A DNA stretch of 64,000 nt from NCBI GenBank assembly GCA_965201115.1, contig OZ241745.1:2953166-3017165 (forward strand), given 5' to 3'. The position numbers were made by a program, and so were the translations under genes. Shown here in pieces: positions 28,503 to 37,661 of the stretch. Below the pieces are notes generated by a model, which worked only from the letters and a program-made list of their open reading frames with translations, did not search any database and had not been told where the DNA came from. Within the stretch, counting starts at the first letter, position 1, and the number at the start of each line of letters is the position of its first letter. The stretch is from Alphaproteobacteria bacterium. Its GTDB lineage: Bacteria; Pseudomonadota; Alphaproteobacteria; UBA7887.

Positions 28503-31139
28503 TCAGTTCAGCCGGAGGCGCACCCCGACGAACGCGGCCAGTGGCTGCCCGGGCGAGATGAAGCGCGGGTCCAGAACCGCGTTATCTTGATGTTTCAGTT
28601 CGTGGATGGGGACCTCGACTTCCAGTTCGCCGTCCTCCATTTCGGCGGCTTCGCCGAAAATGCCGAAGGTGCGGTATTTCCGGTCGAACAGGTTCTCGAT
28701 CCTTCCGAACGCCTCGATCCAGTCGGTTATGCGGTAACTCGCGTCGAGATTCACGACCGTGTAGCCATCGGTCGGCGAGGCCAGATTGGCTTCGTCGCCG
28801 CGGTAATACACGCCGGAGCGATAGATCATGCTCGGGCCGATGCGCAGGCCGTCGAACGGTTCGGTATCGACCCCCAGATTGAGGCTGTGCTCGGGCACGC
28901 CGGGGATCTTGTCGCCGGGCCGCACCTCGATGCCACCCCTGTCCGCCCGCGGGTGGTTTTCGGCGAAGACGGTGAAGGACGACTGGAAGGTGGCGTCGAC
29001 ATAGCCGTAGTTGACGCGCCATTTCATCGGGCCGGCGTCGCCGCGCAGCTTGACCTCCACGCCTTGGCGGCGGGTTTCCGACACGTTTTGGAAGAACCCG
29101 CTCGAAATGCCGCCGCCCGTTTCCGGCCTCTTGGTCAGGAATACGATGTCGTCGCTGTTCGTGGCGCGGAAGGCGCTCACGGTCCAGTCGATCGAGGTCA
29201 GGCCGCCCATGCCGCCGCGGCGGATGGAGCCGCGCGCGCCGGCTTCGAAGGTGCGCGAGATCACCTGGTCGAGCGGCGGATCGGCGACGAACGCATTGGG
29301 CAGGTTGCACGGGTCGTTTTCGTCGGCGCAGCTGAGCTCCGCGGGCGAGGGCGCGCGGTTGCTCTGGCGGTATCCGCCGAACAGCGTCACGTCGGAGTCG
29401 GGCATCGACCACGCGGCGCCGATGGCGAGGTTGATGGCGGTGTAGTCGTGGCTGCCCGTCAACCGGTCCTGCGGCTCGCCGAGAAACACCGAGCGGTCCT
29501 TCAGGACAATCTTCGCGATATTGGCCGCCACCGACCCCGTGACCGACAGGCCGCGGCCGAGGTCCAGCGTGTCGGACGCATAGACGCGGTAGTACTTGTT
29601 CTCGGCGACGAGATTAACCGGCGCGGTGTCGACCCGGCACAGTTCCTCGCCGCCGCGCTCGACGCAGACGCCTTCGTCTTCGCCGTTGTCGGCCTCGCCG
29701 TTTCCGTTGTCGTCATCGTCGTCGTCGTCGTCGTCTTCGGGGCGGGCGGCGACGTACAGGCCACGCATGCCGTCGGAGCGGGGGATGACGGCGCGGTCGC
29801 CGAAGCGCAGTTCGCCGAGCTCCTGTGCGTTCCGGAATTCCGTCTCGCCCATATCGGCCCCGACGCCGAAAACGAACTGGTTGTCCATGCCGCCGAGCGG
29901 CGTCTCGATCAGCGCCTGCACGCTGGCGCCGTAGGCGGTGGATTCGGTCTCGCTGGTGTTCAGCGCGCCATAGACGTTCATGCCGCCGGTCAGGGGAATC
30001 GCGGGGATCGGGTTTCCGTTCCGGTCGTAGAAGACGAACTCTTCCTCGTCTTCTTCTTCGTCGTCATCGTCGTCCTCGCCGCCGTTCGCGGCGCGATCGT
30101 TCCCGCCGCCGTTCTCATCGTCGTCTTCTTCGGCCTCGCCGCAGATGTAGCCTTCGTTGTCGTCGCCCTCGCAGGCGCCGGCATCGACCTCATCGCCGTT
30201 GAGTGTGTCGCGGTTCAAGCGGCGGTAATATGCGTTGGCTTGGATGGCGATGTTTTCGGCGATCCACGCCTCGCCGCTGGCCGAGATCAGGACGTTGCGA
30301 TTTTGCGTCCGGTCCGGATTGGTGAAGATCGACTCGGGCCGGATGTCGTAGAGCTCGATCGGCGCCAGGCCGTTGCCGATCAGGTCGGTCGAGGCCCAGG
30401 ACAGGTTTACGCGCATGGAGCCGTTTTCGCCGTCGGCGCCGCCGGCGGCGAAGAAGCGGTCGAGTTGCGACGGCGACGCGTCGCGCCAGCCGTCCTCGCG
30501 GTCGTGCTGGTAGGCGGCGAACAGGTTGAAGTCGCCGCTGTCCATGCCCGCGCGCGCGGTTGTGCGCAGGCGGCCGAACGAGCCGCCCGACTGCGACAGT
30601 TCCGCCCCCTGGAAGGTGGTTCCGTCGTGCGTGAGCAGTACGAGCGCGCCGCCCAGCGCGTTAAAGCCGAAGGCCGGATTGGCGTTGCCGAGCTCGATGC
30701 CGCGAATCGCCATTTCCGGGAACAGGTCGGACTGCACCACATCGCCGAACGGGTCGTTGATGCGCACGCCGTTCTGAAACGCGGCGATGCCGACGCTCTC
30801 GCCCAGCAGCGGGCCGGCGACGAAGCCGCGGTAGTTGAAGTTGCGCTGATACGGGTTGTTCTGCAAATCGACCGCGGAGGCGCCGGCGAACGAGCGCTCG
30901 ACGAAATCGTAGAGCGTGAGACTGCCCTCGGTCTCGAACGCGCCCGGCTCCGCCGCCTGCACGTTGTACGGAACCTTGTCGATGGGCAGGCCCGCGCCGG
31001 CGAGCGGGGTAACGCCGATCACGTCGATATCGGGCAGTTCGGCCGGCCCGGCGCCGGCCTCCTGCGCGCGCGCCTGGTGCGTGGCCAGCGCGCAGAACGC
31101 GCACGCGGCCGCGAGCCGCATCCATGAACGTATCGCCAT
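28503..31139 (-). CDS. TonB-dependent outer-membrane receptor with unusual poly-acidic (Asp/Glu-rich) loop insertions
   Basis: Signal peptide MAIRSWMRLAAACAFCALATHQARAQE. Plug domain (DIDVIGVTPL...FNYRGF) and 22-strand barrel. Inserts EDDDENGGGNDRAANGGEDDDDDEEEDEEE and EDDDDDDDDDNGNGEADNGEDEG. Confidence 0.85.
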   Translation of the reverse strand: MAIRSWMRLAAACAFCALATHQARAQEAGAGPAELPDIDVIGVTPLAGAGLPIDKVPYNVQAAEPGAFETEGSLTLYDFVERSFAGASAVDLQNNPYQRNFNYRGFVAGPLLGESVGIAAFQNGVRINDPFGDVVQSDLFPEMAIRGIELGNANPAFGFNALGGALVLLTHDGTTFQGAELSQSGGSFGRLRTTARAGMDSGDFNLFAAYQHDREDGWRDASPSQLDRFFAAGGADGENGSMRVNLSWASTDLIGNGLAPIELYDIRPESIFTNPDRTQNRNVLISASGEAWIAENIAIQANAYYRRLNRDTLNGDEVDAGACEGDDNEGYICGEAEEDDDENGGGNDRAANGGEDDDDDEEEDEEEFVFYDRNGNPIPAIPLTGGMNVYGALNTSETESTAYGASVQALIETPLGGMDNQFVFGVGADMGETEFRNAQELGELRFGDRAVIPRSDGMRGLYVAARPEDDDDDDDDDNGNGEADNGEDEGVCVERGGEELCRVDTAPVNLVAENKYYRVYASDTLDLGRGLSVTGSVAANIAKIVLKDRSVFLGEPQDRLTGSHDYTAINLAIGAAWSMPDSDVTLFGGYRQSNRAPSPAELSCADENDPCNLPNAFVADPPLDQVISRTFEAGARGSIRRGGMGGLTSIDWTVSAFRATNSDDIVFLTKRPETGGGISSGFFQNVSETRRQGVEVKLRGDAGPMKWRVNYGYVDATFQSSFTVFAENHPRADRGGIEVRPGDKIPGVPEHSLNLGVDTEPFDGLRIGPSMIYRSGVYYRGDEANLASPTDGYTVVNLDASYRITDWIEAFGRIENLFDRKYRTFGIFGEAAEMEDGELEVEVPIHELKHQDNAVLDPRFISPGQPLAAFVGVRLRLN

Positions 31140-31306
31140 AAGTCGTCTCCTCGAGTTTGCGCCCGTTGCGGCGCGCCGGACAATACAGGACTGTATAACC
31201 CGCGTCAAAGTGCTTTTTCGTAAATGCCCGCCGGTGGTTTCGTTGACGAAAACGTGGGCATGAACGCGGTATTACTGGAGGAAAGCGGTTATTTACATGC
31301 GATTTG

Positions 31307-31341
31307 CCGGTTTCATATAACCGGAAGGTTGTATATAACCG
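31307..31341. promoter_or_regulatory. Two adjacent inverted-repeat sites (CCGGTT-tcatat-AACCGG and GGTT-gtatat-AACC, centres about 20 bp apart) in an AT-rich stretch upstream of the TonB-receptor gene; candidate operator
   Basis: Seen directly in sequence. Lies 170-200 bp upstream of start 31139 on the minus strand. Confidence 0.3.
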
Positions 31342-31408
31342 AAATCCGTGGGCCGCGCCCCCGGGGAGCGCCGGCGGGATAATGCGGCGCCCGGTCCGGG
31401 TAACGCGG

Positions 31409-31945
31409 CTACTCGCCCTCGCCGATCTCCCACAGTTCGGGGTTGGCCTCGACGACGGCGCCGGTGGCGGCGTCGATCTCGACGTTCATCTCGCCGCCGC
31501 CGGTGAGAACGATGTCGAACTCATAGACCGCCGTTCCATCGGTCTCGACGCCGTATTCGACGCTTTCGACCTCGCCGGGGAACATGGCCAGCGCGGCGGC
31601 GCGGGCGTCGTCCTCGGAAATCGCGGCGCGGCCAGCGAACATGGGGTCGGTTTTCCCGACCTCGCGCTCGATCTCGCGAATCATGGCGTTCTCGGCGCCG
31701 ACCTCGACCTCCCAGCGCACGCCGTCGGGCGCCAGGATGTCGAAATCGTACACCGGCTCGCCGTCCTCGAACTTGTACTCGACATTGAGCGCCTCGCCGC
31801 CGAACACGTCGAGGGCGGCTTGCAGGCATTGCTCGAGGGTCTTGTCGTGGGCGTCGGCATACTCGCCGATGTCCATCGCCGGCGCCGGCGCGGCGGCAAG
31901 GAAGAGCGCGCCGCCGAGGGCGGCGGCAAGAGCGGGCGTTTTCAT
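31409..31945 (-). CDS. PepSY domain-containing secreted protein
   Basis: Signal peptide MKTPALAAALGGALFLAAAPAPA, then two PepSY-like repeats (...GGEALNVEYKFEDGEPVYDFDI... / ...PGEVESVEYGVETDGTAVYEFDI...). Confidence 0.65.
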   Translation of the reverse strand: MKTPALAAALGGALFLAAAPAPAMDIGEYADAHDKTLEQCLQAALDVFGGEALNVEYKFEDGEPVYDFDILAPDGVRWEVEVGAENAMIREIEREVGKTDPMFAGRAAISEDDARAAALAMFPGEVESVEYGVETDGTAVYEFDIVLTGGGEMNVEIDAATGAVVEANPELWEIGEGE

Positions 31946-32004
31946 TGTTCGAACCTTTCCGGGAGGGTTGCGGTCCATGCGTATCCGCGGCCGGCGCGGG
32001 CGGG

Positions 32005-33003
32005 TTACAAGCCCCCGTCCATGCGCTTTCGCCACGCGAGCGCGGTACGCACGATGTAACGCAGGTTGTCATGGCGCGGCGTCCAGCCGAGCGCGGCGCG
32101 GAGGCGCGACGGATCGGCCACCAGCGCCGGCGGGTCGCCGGCGCGGCGCGGCCCGTCCCGGACCGCGAGCGCGGCGCCAGCTTCCTCCGCCGCCGCCGCC
32201 AGCACTTCGCGCACCGAATAGCCGCGCCCGTAGCCGCAATTGAGAACGCCGCCGGCGCCGCCGGCCTCGAGCCAGGCGAGCGCCGCGACGTGGACGTCGG
32301 CCAGGTCGCTCACATGGATGTAGTCGCGCACGCAGGTTCCATCGGGCGTGTCGTAGTCGGTTCCGAACACGGTCACGCCCGGGCGCGCGCCGACGGCGGC
32401 CTCGCACGCGACGGTGATCAGGTGCTCCGCGTGGCGCCCGCGCTGGCCGGCGCGGCCCCGCGGGTCCGCGCCGGCGACGTTGAAGTAGCGCAGCGCCGTC
32501 CATGTCAGGCCGTGCGCGGCGGCGGCGTCGGCCAGCGCCCATTCGGCGGCGAGTTTCGAGCGCCCATAGGGGTTGATCGGCGCCGTGGGCGCGTCCTCGC
32601 GGGCCGGCGAGACGGCGGGGACGCCATAGACGGCGGCGGTGGACGAGAACACGAAACGCCGCACGCCGGAATCGACACAGGCGCGGATGAGCGCGGCGGT
32701 GGCCGCGGTGTTGTTGCCGTAATAGGGCAACGGATCGCGCACCGATTCGGGCACGCTCGCGCTGGCGGCGAAATGTATGACGGCGCCGATTTGCCGCGCC
32801 TCGAGCAGGCGCCGCATGGCGGCGTAGTCGCCCGCGTCGCCTTTTACGAACTCCGCGCCCGGCGGAACGGCGGCGCGGCGGCCGGTCGAGAGATCGTCGA
32901 GGACGGTTACCGGCCGGCCGGCCTCCATGAAGGCGAGCACGGCATGGCCGCCGATATAGCCCGCGCCGCCGGTAACGAGGACGCGGCCGCCTGCCGCGCT
33001 CAA
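32005..33003 (-). CDS. galE: UDP-glucose 4-epimerase
   Basis: VLVTGGAGYIGGH Rossmann fold, YGRSK catalytic motif. TTG start chosen because the upstream part of the ORF is the translated tRNA. Confidence 0.8.
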   Translation of the reverse strand: MSAAGGRVLVTGGAGYIGGHAVLAFMEAGRPVTVLDDLSTGRRAAVPPGAEFVKGDAGDYAAMRRLLEARQIGAVIHFAASASVPESVRDPLPYYGNNTAATAALIRACVDSGVRRFVFSSTAAVYGVPAVSPAREDAPTAPINPYGRSKLAAEWALADAAAAHGLTWTALRYFNVAGADPRGRAGQRGRHAEHLITVACEAAVGARPGVTVFGTDYDTPDGTCVRDYIHVSDLADVHVAALAWLEAGGAGGVLNCGYGRGYSVREVLAAAAEEAGAALAVRDGPRRAGDPPALVADPSRLRAALGWTPRHDNLRYIVRTALAWRKRMDGGL

Positions 33004-33032
33004 CAGGCGGGCGCGGGCGGGGCGGGGGGCGG

Positions 33033-33108
<76 letters not shown>

Positions 33109-33257
33109 GAAAAGGCGCCCCCGGCGCCGCGCGGGAGGCAACCTTGGCACGCCCGAAGCGGGAAGGCAAGCGGAAACCCGGGTAAGCGCCGACGGTTGAC
33201 GCGGGGCGCGCCGGGTGGTCTGCTTCGCCCCGGGTTGCGCGGGTAGGAGGGAGCATC

Positions 33258-34061
33258 GTGATCGAGCTTGCGGGCGCGGTCGTTATCGTGACGGGTTCGA
33301 CGCGCGGAGTGGGGGCCGCCGCGGCGCGCATGCTCGCCGAACGCGGCGCGCGCATCGTCGTCAACGGCTCGCGATCCGCCGAAGCGGCGGAGGCGGTCGC
33401 CGCCGAATGCCGCGGCCTCGGCGGCGAGGCGCTGGTCAGCATGGGCGATGTGGCGGACGACGCCGTTTGCCGCGGCATGGCCGCCGCCGCGATGGAGCGC
33501 TGGGGGCGCATCGACGGGCTGGTCAACAACGCCGGAACCACCGTGTTCCGCGCGCACGACGACCTCGAGGGATTGGACGCGGCGGACTTCCAGCGCATTT
33601 ACGGCGTGAACGCCGTGGGGCCGTTCCAGGCGATTCGCGCCTGCGCGCCGCACATGAAGGCGCGCGGCCGCGGCGCCGTGGTCAATGTGTCGTCGGTGGC
33701 GGGCTCTTACGGGTTGGGGTCGTCGCTCGCCTATATCGGCTCCAAGGCGGCATTGAACATGCTCACCGTGGCGCTGGCGCGGGCGCTGGGGCCGGAGATC
33801 TCGGTGAACGCGGTCAATCCCGGCTTTATCGCGGGCGACTGGTTGCGCAACGGCATGGGCGCGGAAGCCTACGAACGCGCCAAGGCCGCGCTTGAGCGCA
33901 CGACGCCGTTGCGCGCGGTAAGCCGGCCCGAGGACATCGCGCGCAACATCGTGTGGTTGCTCGAGGGCGCGCCGAACATCACCGGCCACCTGTTCCATGT
34001 GGACGCCGGAATGGGCCTGATGCGCGGCGTCCCGGCGTCCGCGCCGGCGGCGGAACGCTGA
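33258..34061 (+). CDS. SDR family oxidoreductase
   Basis: GTG start with GGAGGGA ribosome-binding site. TGSTRGVG...NNAG...YxxxK SDR motifs. Confidence 0.8.
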   Translation: MIELAGAVVIVTGSTRGVGAAAARMLAERGARIVVNGSRSAEAAEAVAAECRGLGGEALVSMGDVADDAVCRGMAAAAMERWGRIDGLVNNAGTTVFRAHDDLEGLDAADFQRIYGVNAVGPFQAIRACAPHMKARGRGAVVNVSSVAGSYGLGSSLAYIGSKAALNMLTVALARALGPEISVNAVNPGFIAGDWLRNGMGAEAYERAKAALERTTPLRAVSRPEDIARNIVWLLEGAPNITGHLFHVDAGMGLMRGVPASAPAAER

Positions 34062-34786
34062 AGCGCGCGGCCGCGGCGCTGCTGGCGTTCGCGCTCGCCG
34101 CCGCGGCGTGGCACGGCGCGGCGGGCGCGGACGAAGCCGCGCGCGAACGCGAATGGCGGCATGTGCGCGCGGTGCTGTTGGGCGCCGATGGCGAGGCGAC
34201 CTGGCGCGGACCGCGGGTCAACCGCTGGACCGAGGCCCCGGCGGTAGCGTTGGTCGGCGCGCGTCCGGGTGATCGCGTCTTCGTGTCGGCGCTGTTGGCG
34301 CGCTTTGCGTCCGTGCTCGGCCCCCACGCCGCGCGGCTGGCGGAAAGCGGCTCCGCGGCGGCGCGAATCGGGGTTTATTTCGTCGCGCGCGACGAAGCGG
34401 CGGCGGTGGCGGCGCGCCATCGCATGAGGACAGATCTGGCGCTGCGCGGCGCGGGCTACACGGAAGCGGCGGTCGGCCCGCGCCACGCGCTGCGTATGGT
34501 TGCGGTCTTGGTGCGCGACGAGCTGGAAGGCCGCGAACGGCGCGCGACCATCGCCCACGAGCTCTACCACGCGCTCGGCCCCGGCGGGCATTCGCGGTGG
34601 ATTCCGGGCAGCGTGGTGTTCGACGATTCGTTCGCGAGCTCCTTCGCGACCGCGCCGGCGCCGGTCGATCTGAAAACCCTCGCGCTGCTCTACCGCCATC
34701 TGCGCCCCGGCGATGACGAAGCCGCTGTCCGCGCCGCCTTCGACGCCCACTGGGCGGCCCTGGACGCGCCCTCCGCGGCGGAATAG
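34058..34786 (+). CDS. Secreted HExxH (HELYH) motif protein, DUF2927-like putative Zn-peptidase
   Basis: Signal-peptide-like KRAAAALLAFALAAAAWHGAAGA. Start uncertain (CTG 34058 or GTG 33953 overlapping the SDR gene). Confidence 0.45.
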   Translation: MKRAAAALLAFALAAAAWHGAAGADEAAREREWRHVRAVLLGADGEATWRGPRVNRWTEAPAVALVGARPGDRVFVSALLARFASVLGPHAARLAESGSAAARIGVYFVARDEAAAVAARHRMRTDLALRGAGYTEAAVGPRHALRMVAVLVRDELEGRERRATIAHELYHALGPGGHSRWIPGSVVFDDSFASSFATAPAPVDLKTLALLYRHLRPGDDEAAVRAAFDAHWAALDAPSAAE

Positions 34787-34796
34787 CCGCGGCGCG

Positions 34797-35267
34797 TCAG
34801 GGCCGGAGGCGCATGGAGACGTATACGGCGAACGCGCGCCGTTCGGGCAGCGGGGCCGATTCGAAGGCTGCGATGGCCTCCTCGACTTCGTCGATGTTTC
34901 TTGTTACCGAAGATTTGAAGTATCGCCCGTGCGGATCGTAGTCTGCCTTGTGTCTTTTCATTTGTATATCTACGAACGTTTCCGCGAATTTTCTTATTTC
35001 CTTCGGAAATTTATTTATTTCTACGGATTTTCGGCATCGTTCGCGCACTTGGGAGTGCTCGATGGCGCGATACGCTTGGCGCCAGGCGGATTCGTTGCGG
35101 TTGGCGCCGGGGCCGCCAACGAGCAAATCCGCCACGGTTTCCGCAAGGCAGTGAAAAAGCGCGTAGTACCCTGTGCTGAGAGCCCTTCTGAGCGTCGCTT
35201 CGCGCGGCCTGCCGGGTATGGAAGGGAGCGAATCGCGCGCCGCCGCCACGAGGTCAGACGGTTGCAT
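34797..35267 (-). CDS. Hypothetical protein (156 aa) in a locally AT-richer islet; possible toxin/defence-module component
   Basis: MQPSDLVAAARDSL...YYALFHCLAE...MKRHKADYDPHGRYF. No confident family. Overlaps the upstream small gene by 14 nt. Confidence 0.4.
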   Translation of the reverse strand: MQPSDLVAAARDSLPSIPGRPREATLRRALSTGYYALFHCLAETVADLLVGGPGANRNESAWRQAYRAIEHSQVRERCRKSVEINKFPKEIRKFAETFVDIQMKRHKADYDPHGRYFKSSVTRNIDEVEEAIAAFESAPLPERRAFAVYVSMRLRP

Positions 35268-35568
35268 TGGCCTGTTCCCGCAACCATTCGTCCCACTCCG
35301 ACTTGGCCACGTACGACGGACTCGGGAACGCATCCGTTCCTGCCTCCGACTCGAGCGCGGGCCGGAGCGCGCCATACAGGCTTATCATCCTGTCCGCTTC
35401 GACGTCCTTTCCCCGGTCATCGAATACCGCGGTGATGAACAGAACTTCATCGCCGTAATGGTCGACCCCCGGCTCGATTTCGATGGTGTCGAAATCGACG
35501 CCGGGAAAGTGGCCGCGCATCACGCGCTTCACGACGCGGAGCGCCTTGCGCAATTGCTCTTCGGTCAT
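35254..35568 (-). CDS. Hypothetical protein (104 aa), partner of the 156-aa protein
   Basis: MTEEQLRKALRVVKRVMRGHFPGVDFDTIEIEPGVDHYGDEVLFITAVFDD.... Operonic overlap with the downstream gene. Confidence 0.35.
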   Translation of the reverse strand: MTEEQLRKALRVVKRVMRGHFPGVDFDTIEIEPGVDHYGDEVLFITAVFDDRGKDVEADRMISLYGALRPALESEAGTDAFPSPSYVAKSEWDEWLREQANATV

Positions 35569-35642
35569 TCGCGCGCGCCTTGTTCCTGCGATCGAAGCGC
35601 CCGGGCGGCGCCGTGCGCGGCGCGTATCCGTTTGCGCCGGCG

Positions 35643-36980
35643 TCAGACCTTGGCCAGCGCCTGGTCGAGATCGGCGATGATGTCGTCCAGGGTTTCGATG
35701 CCGATGGAGAGCCGCACGACGTCGGGCCCGGCGCCGGCGGCGACCTGCTGCTCCTCGGTGAGCTGGCGGTGGGTAGTCGAAGCCGGGTGGAGAATCAGGC
35801 TGCGCGTGTCGCCGATATTGGCGAGATGGGAGAACATTTCGACCGCGTCCACGAACGCCAGCCCCGCGTCGTAGCCGCCCTTCAAGCCGAACGTGAAGAC
35901 CGAACCCGCGCCCTTGGGCACGTATTTTTTCGCCAGTTCGTAATACGGGCTCGAGGGCAGGCCGGAGTACGAAACCCAGGTCACCTTCGGGTGACCTTCG
36001 AGCCATCGGGCGACCGCCAGCGTGTTGGCGCAGTGGCGCTCCATGCGCAGCGGCAGGGTCTCGACGCCCTGGAGCAGGTTCCACGCCGCGGTGGGGTAGA
36101 GCGTGGGGCCGTAGTCGCGCAGGGCCACCGCGCGCACCTTCATCGTGAAGCCGAAATCGCCGAAGGTCTCGGCGAAGGTCAGGCCGTGATAGGCGGGGTC
36201 GGGCTGCGCGAGGCCCGGGAACTTGTCGTTGGCGCGCCAGTCGAACCGGCCCGATTCGACGACGATCCCGCCCATCGTGTTGCCGTGGCCGCCGATGAAC
36301 TTGGTGGTGGAATGCACGACGATGTCGGCGCCCCACTCGAACGGGCGGCAGAGATACGGCGAGGCGAGGGTGTTATCGACCACGAGCGGAACGCCGTGCT
36401 CATGCGCGATCGCGGCCACGGGCTCGAGGTCGATGACGATCCCGCCGGGGTTGGCGAGGCCCTCGAGAAAAACGAACTTGACCTTGTCGGTCATGGCGGC
36501 GCGGAAATTTTCCGGATCGGTGGGATCGACGAAATGGCACTTCCAGCCCAGTTTCGGGAAGCTCTGGCCGAACTGCGTCACCGAGCCGCCATAGAGATTG
36601 CGCGACGATACGAACTCGTCGCCTTGCTGGAGCAGCGTGGCGGCGACGAGGAACTGGGCGGCGTGGCCGCTGGCGGCGGCCACCGCGCCGCGCCCGCCCT
36701 CCAGCGCCGCGACGCGCTCTTCCAGCACCGCCACGGTGGGGTTGGTCATGCGCGAATAGACGAACCCGAAGGTCTGCAGGTTGAACAGCGACGCCGCGTG
36801 GTCCGAATCGTCGAACACGAACGACGTCGTCTGGTAGATCGGCGTCGAACGCGCGCCCGAATACGGATCGGGCCGCGCGCCGGCGTGGACCGCCAGGGTC
36901 TCGATGCCGTGGTCGCGCGGCGCCTCGACGCGGTGCATGGCGGCGGCGGACGCCGCCGCGGCGGATTTCGGATCGTTCAT
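35643..36980 (-). CDS. metY: O-acetylhomoserine aminocarboxypropyltransferase (sulfhydrylase), PLP-dependent
   Basis: 445 aa, Cys/Met-metabolism PLP fold (...VVHSTTKFIGGHGNTMGG...). Confidence 0.9.
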   Translation of the reverse strand: MNDPKSAAAASAAAMHRVEAPRDHGIETLAVHAGARPDPYSGARSTPIYQTTSFVFDDSDHAASLFNLQTFGFVYSRMTNPTVAVLEERVAALEGGRGAVAAASGHAAQFLVAATLLQQGDEFVSSRNLYGGSVTQFGQSFPKLGWKCHFVDPTDPENFRAAMTDKVKFVFLEGLANPGGIVIDLEPVAAIAHEHGVPLVVDNTLASPYLCRPFEWGADIVVHSTTKFIGGHGNTMGGIVVESGRFDWRANDKFPGLAQPDPAYHGLTFAETFGDFGFTMKVRAVALRDYGPTLYPTAAWNLLQGVETLPLRMERHCANTLAVARWLEGHPKVTWVSYSGLPSSPYYELAKKYVPKGAGSVFTFGLKGGYDAGLAFVDAVEMFSHLANIGDTRSLILHPASTTHRQLTEEQQVAAGAGPDVVRLSIGIETLDDIIADLDQALAKV

Positions 36981-36994
36981 GGCCGTTCTCCTGT

Positions 36995-37546
36995 TCAGCG
37001 CGGCGGACGCAGGGTTTTGGCGGATACGATGCGGGAGTTGATTCCGCACCAGCCCAGCTCGCCCGACAGGCGCCCGAACTCGATCTTGGGGCAGCGGTTC
37101 ATCACCGCCTCCAGTCCGGCGGCCTCGGCGCGCGCGGCCGCCTCGTCGTTGCGCACGGTCAGCTGCATCCACAGAAACCGTATGCCCTTGGCGTCCTTGT
37201 TGGCGATAACCTCGTCGGTAATCGCGAGCGCCTCTTCCGAGGTGCGGAAAATATCCACCATATCGAGCTGGTGGGGCACGTCGGCAACCGACGCATAGAC
37301 GCGCTCGCCGAGGATTTCGTCGCCCGGCCGCGCGGGGTTGACCGGTATGACGCGGTAGCCCTTTCCGGTCAGATATTTCATGGCGTAGTAGCTGGGCCGC
37401 CGCCAGTGGCTGCTGGCGCCCACCATGGCGAAGGTGCGCACCGCGCCCAGAATGCGCCGCAGCTTCTCGTCGGAGTAGGTGTCGTGGTGCGCAAGACGGA
37501 TCGGCTCGCCGCCGTCCGCCCGCGCCGCCTGCCCGGTCGCTGTCAT
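36995..37546 (-). CDS. CoA-binding domain protein (YccU/YneT family)
   Basis: MTATGQA...FAMVGASSHWRRPSYYAMKYLTGKGYRVIPVNP. Confidence 0.75.
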   Translation of the reverse strand: MTATGQAARADGGEPIRLAHHDTYSDEKLRRILGAVRTFAMVGASSHWRRPSYYAMKYLTGKGYRVIPVNPARPGDEILGERVYASVADVPHQLDMVDIFRTSEEALAITDEVIANKDAKGIRFLWMQLTVRNDEAAARAEAAGLEAVMNRCPKIEFGRLSGELGWCGINSRIVSAKTLRPPR

Positions 37547-37661
37547 CGCGCGCCGCCTTGCCTGTCGGATTACGCAAGCGCGCGGCCGCCGTGCGGGCCG
37601 CGCGCCGGGCCGCTGTCTATGCGCCGCGCCCGGCCGTGTCAAGCCGCGCGCGGCGGCGCGC

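Noticed and set aside
29596-29934. ORF with a poly-Ser run
   Set aside because: Antisense translation of the poly-Asp/Glu insert of the TonB receptor.
28449-31127. 892-aa plus-strand ORF
   Set aside because: Antisense of the TonB-dependent receptor gene.
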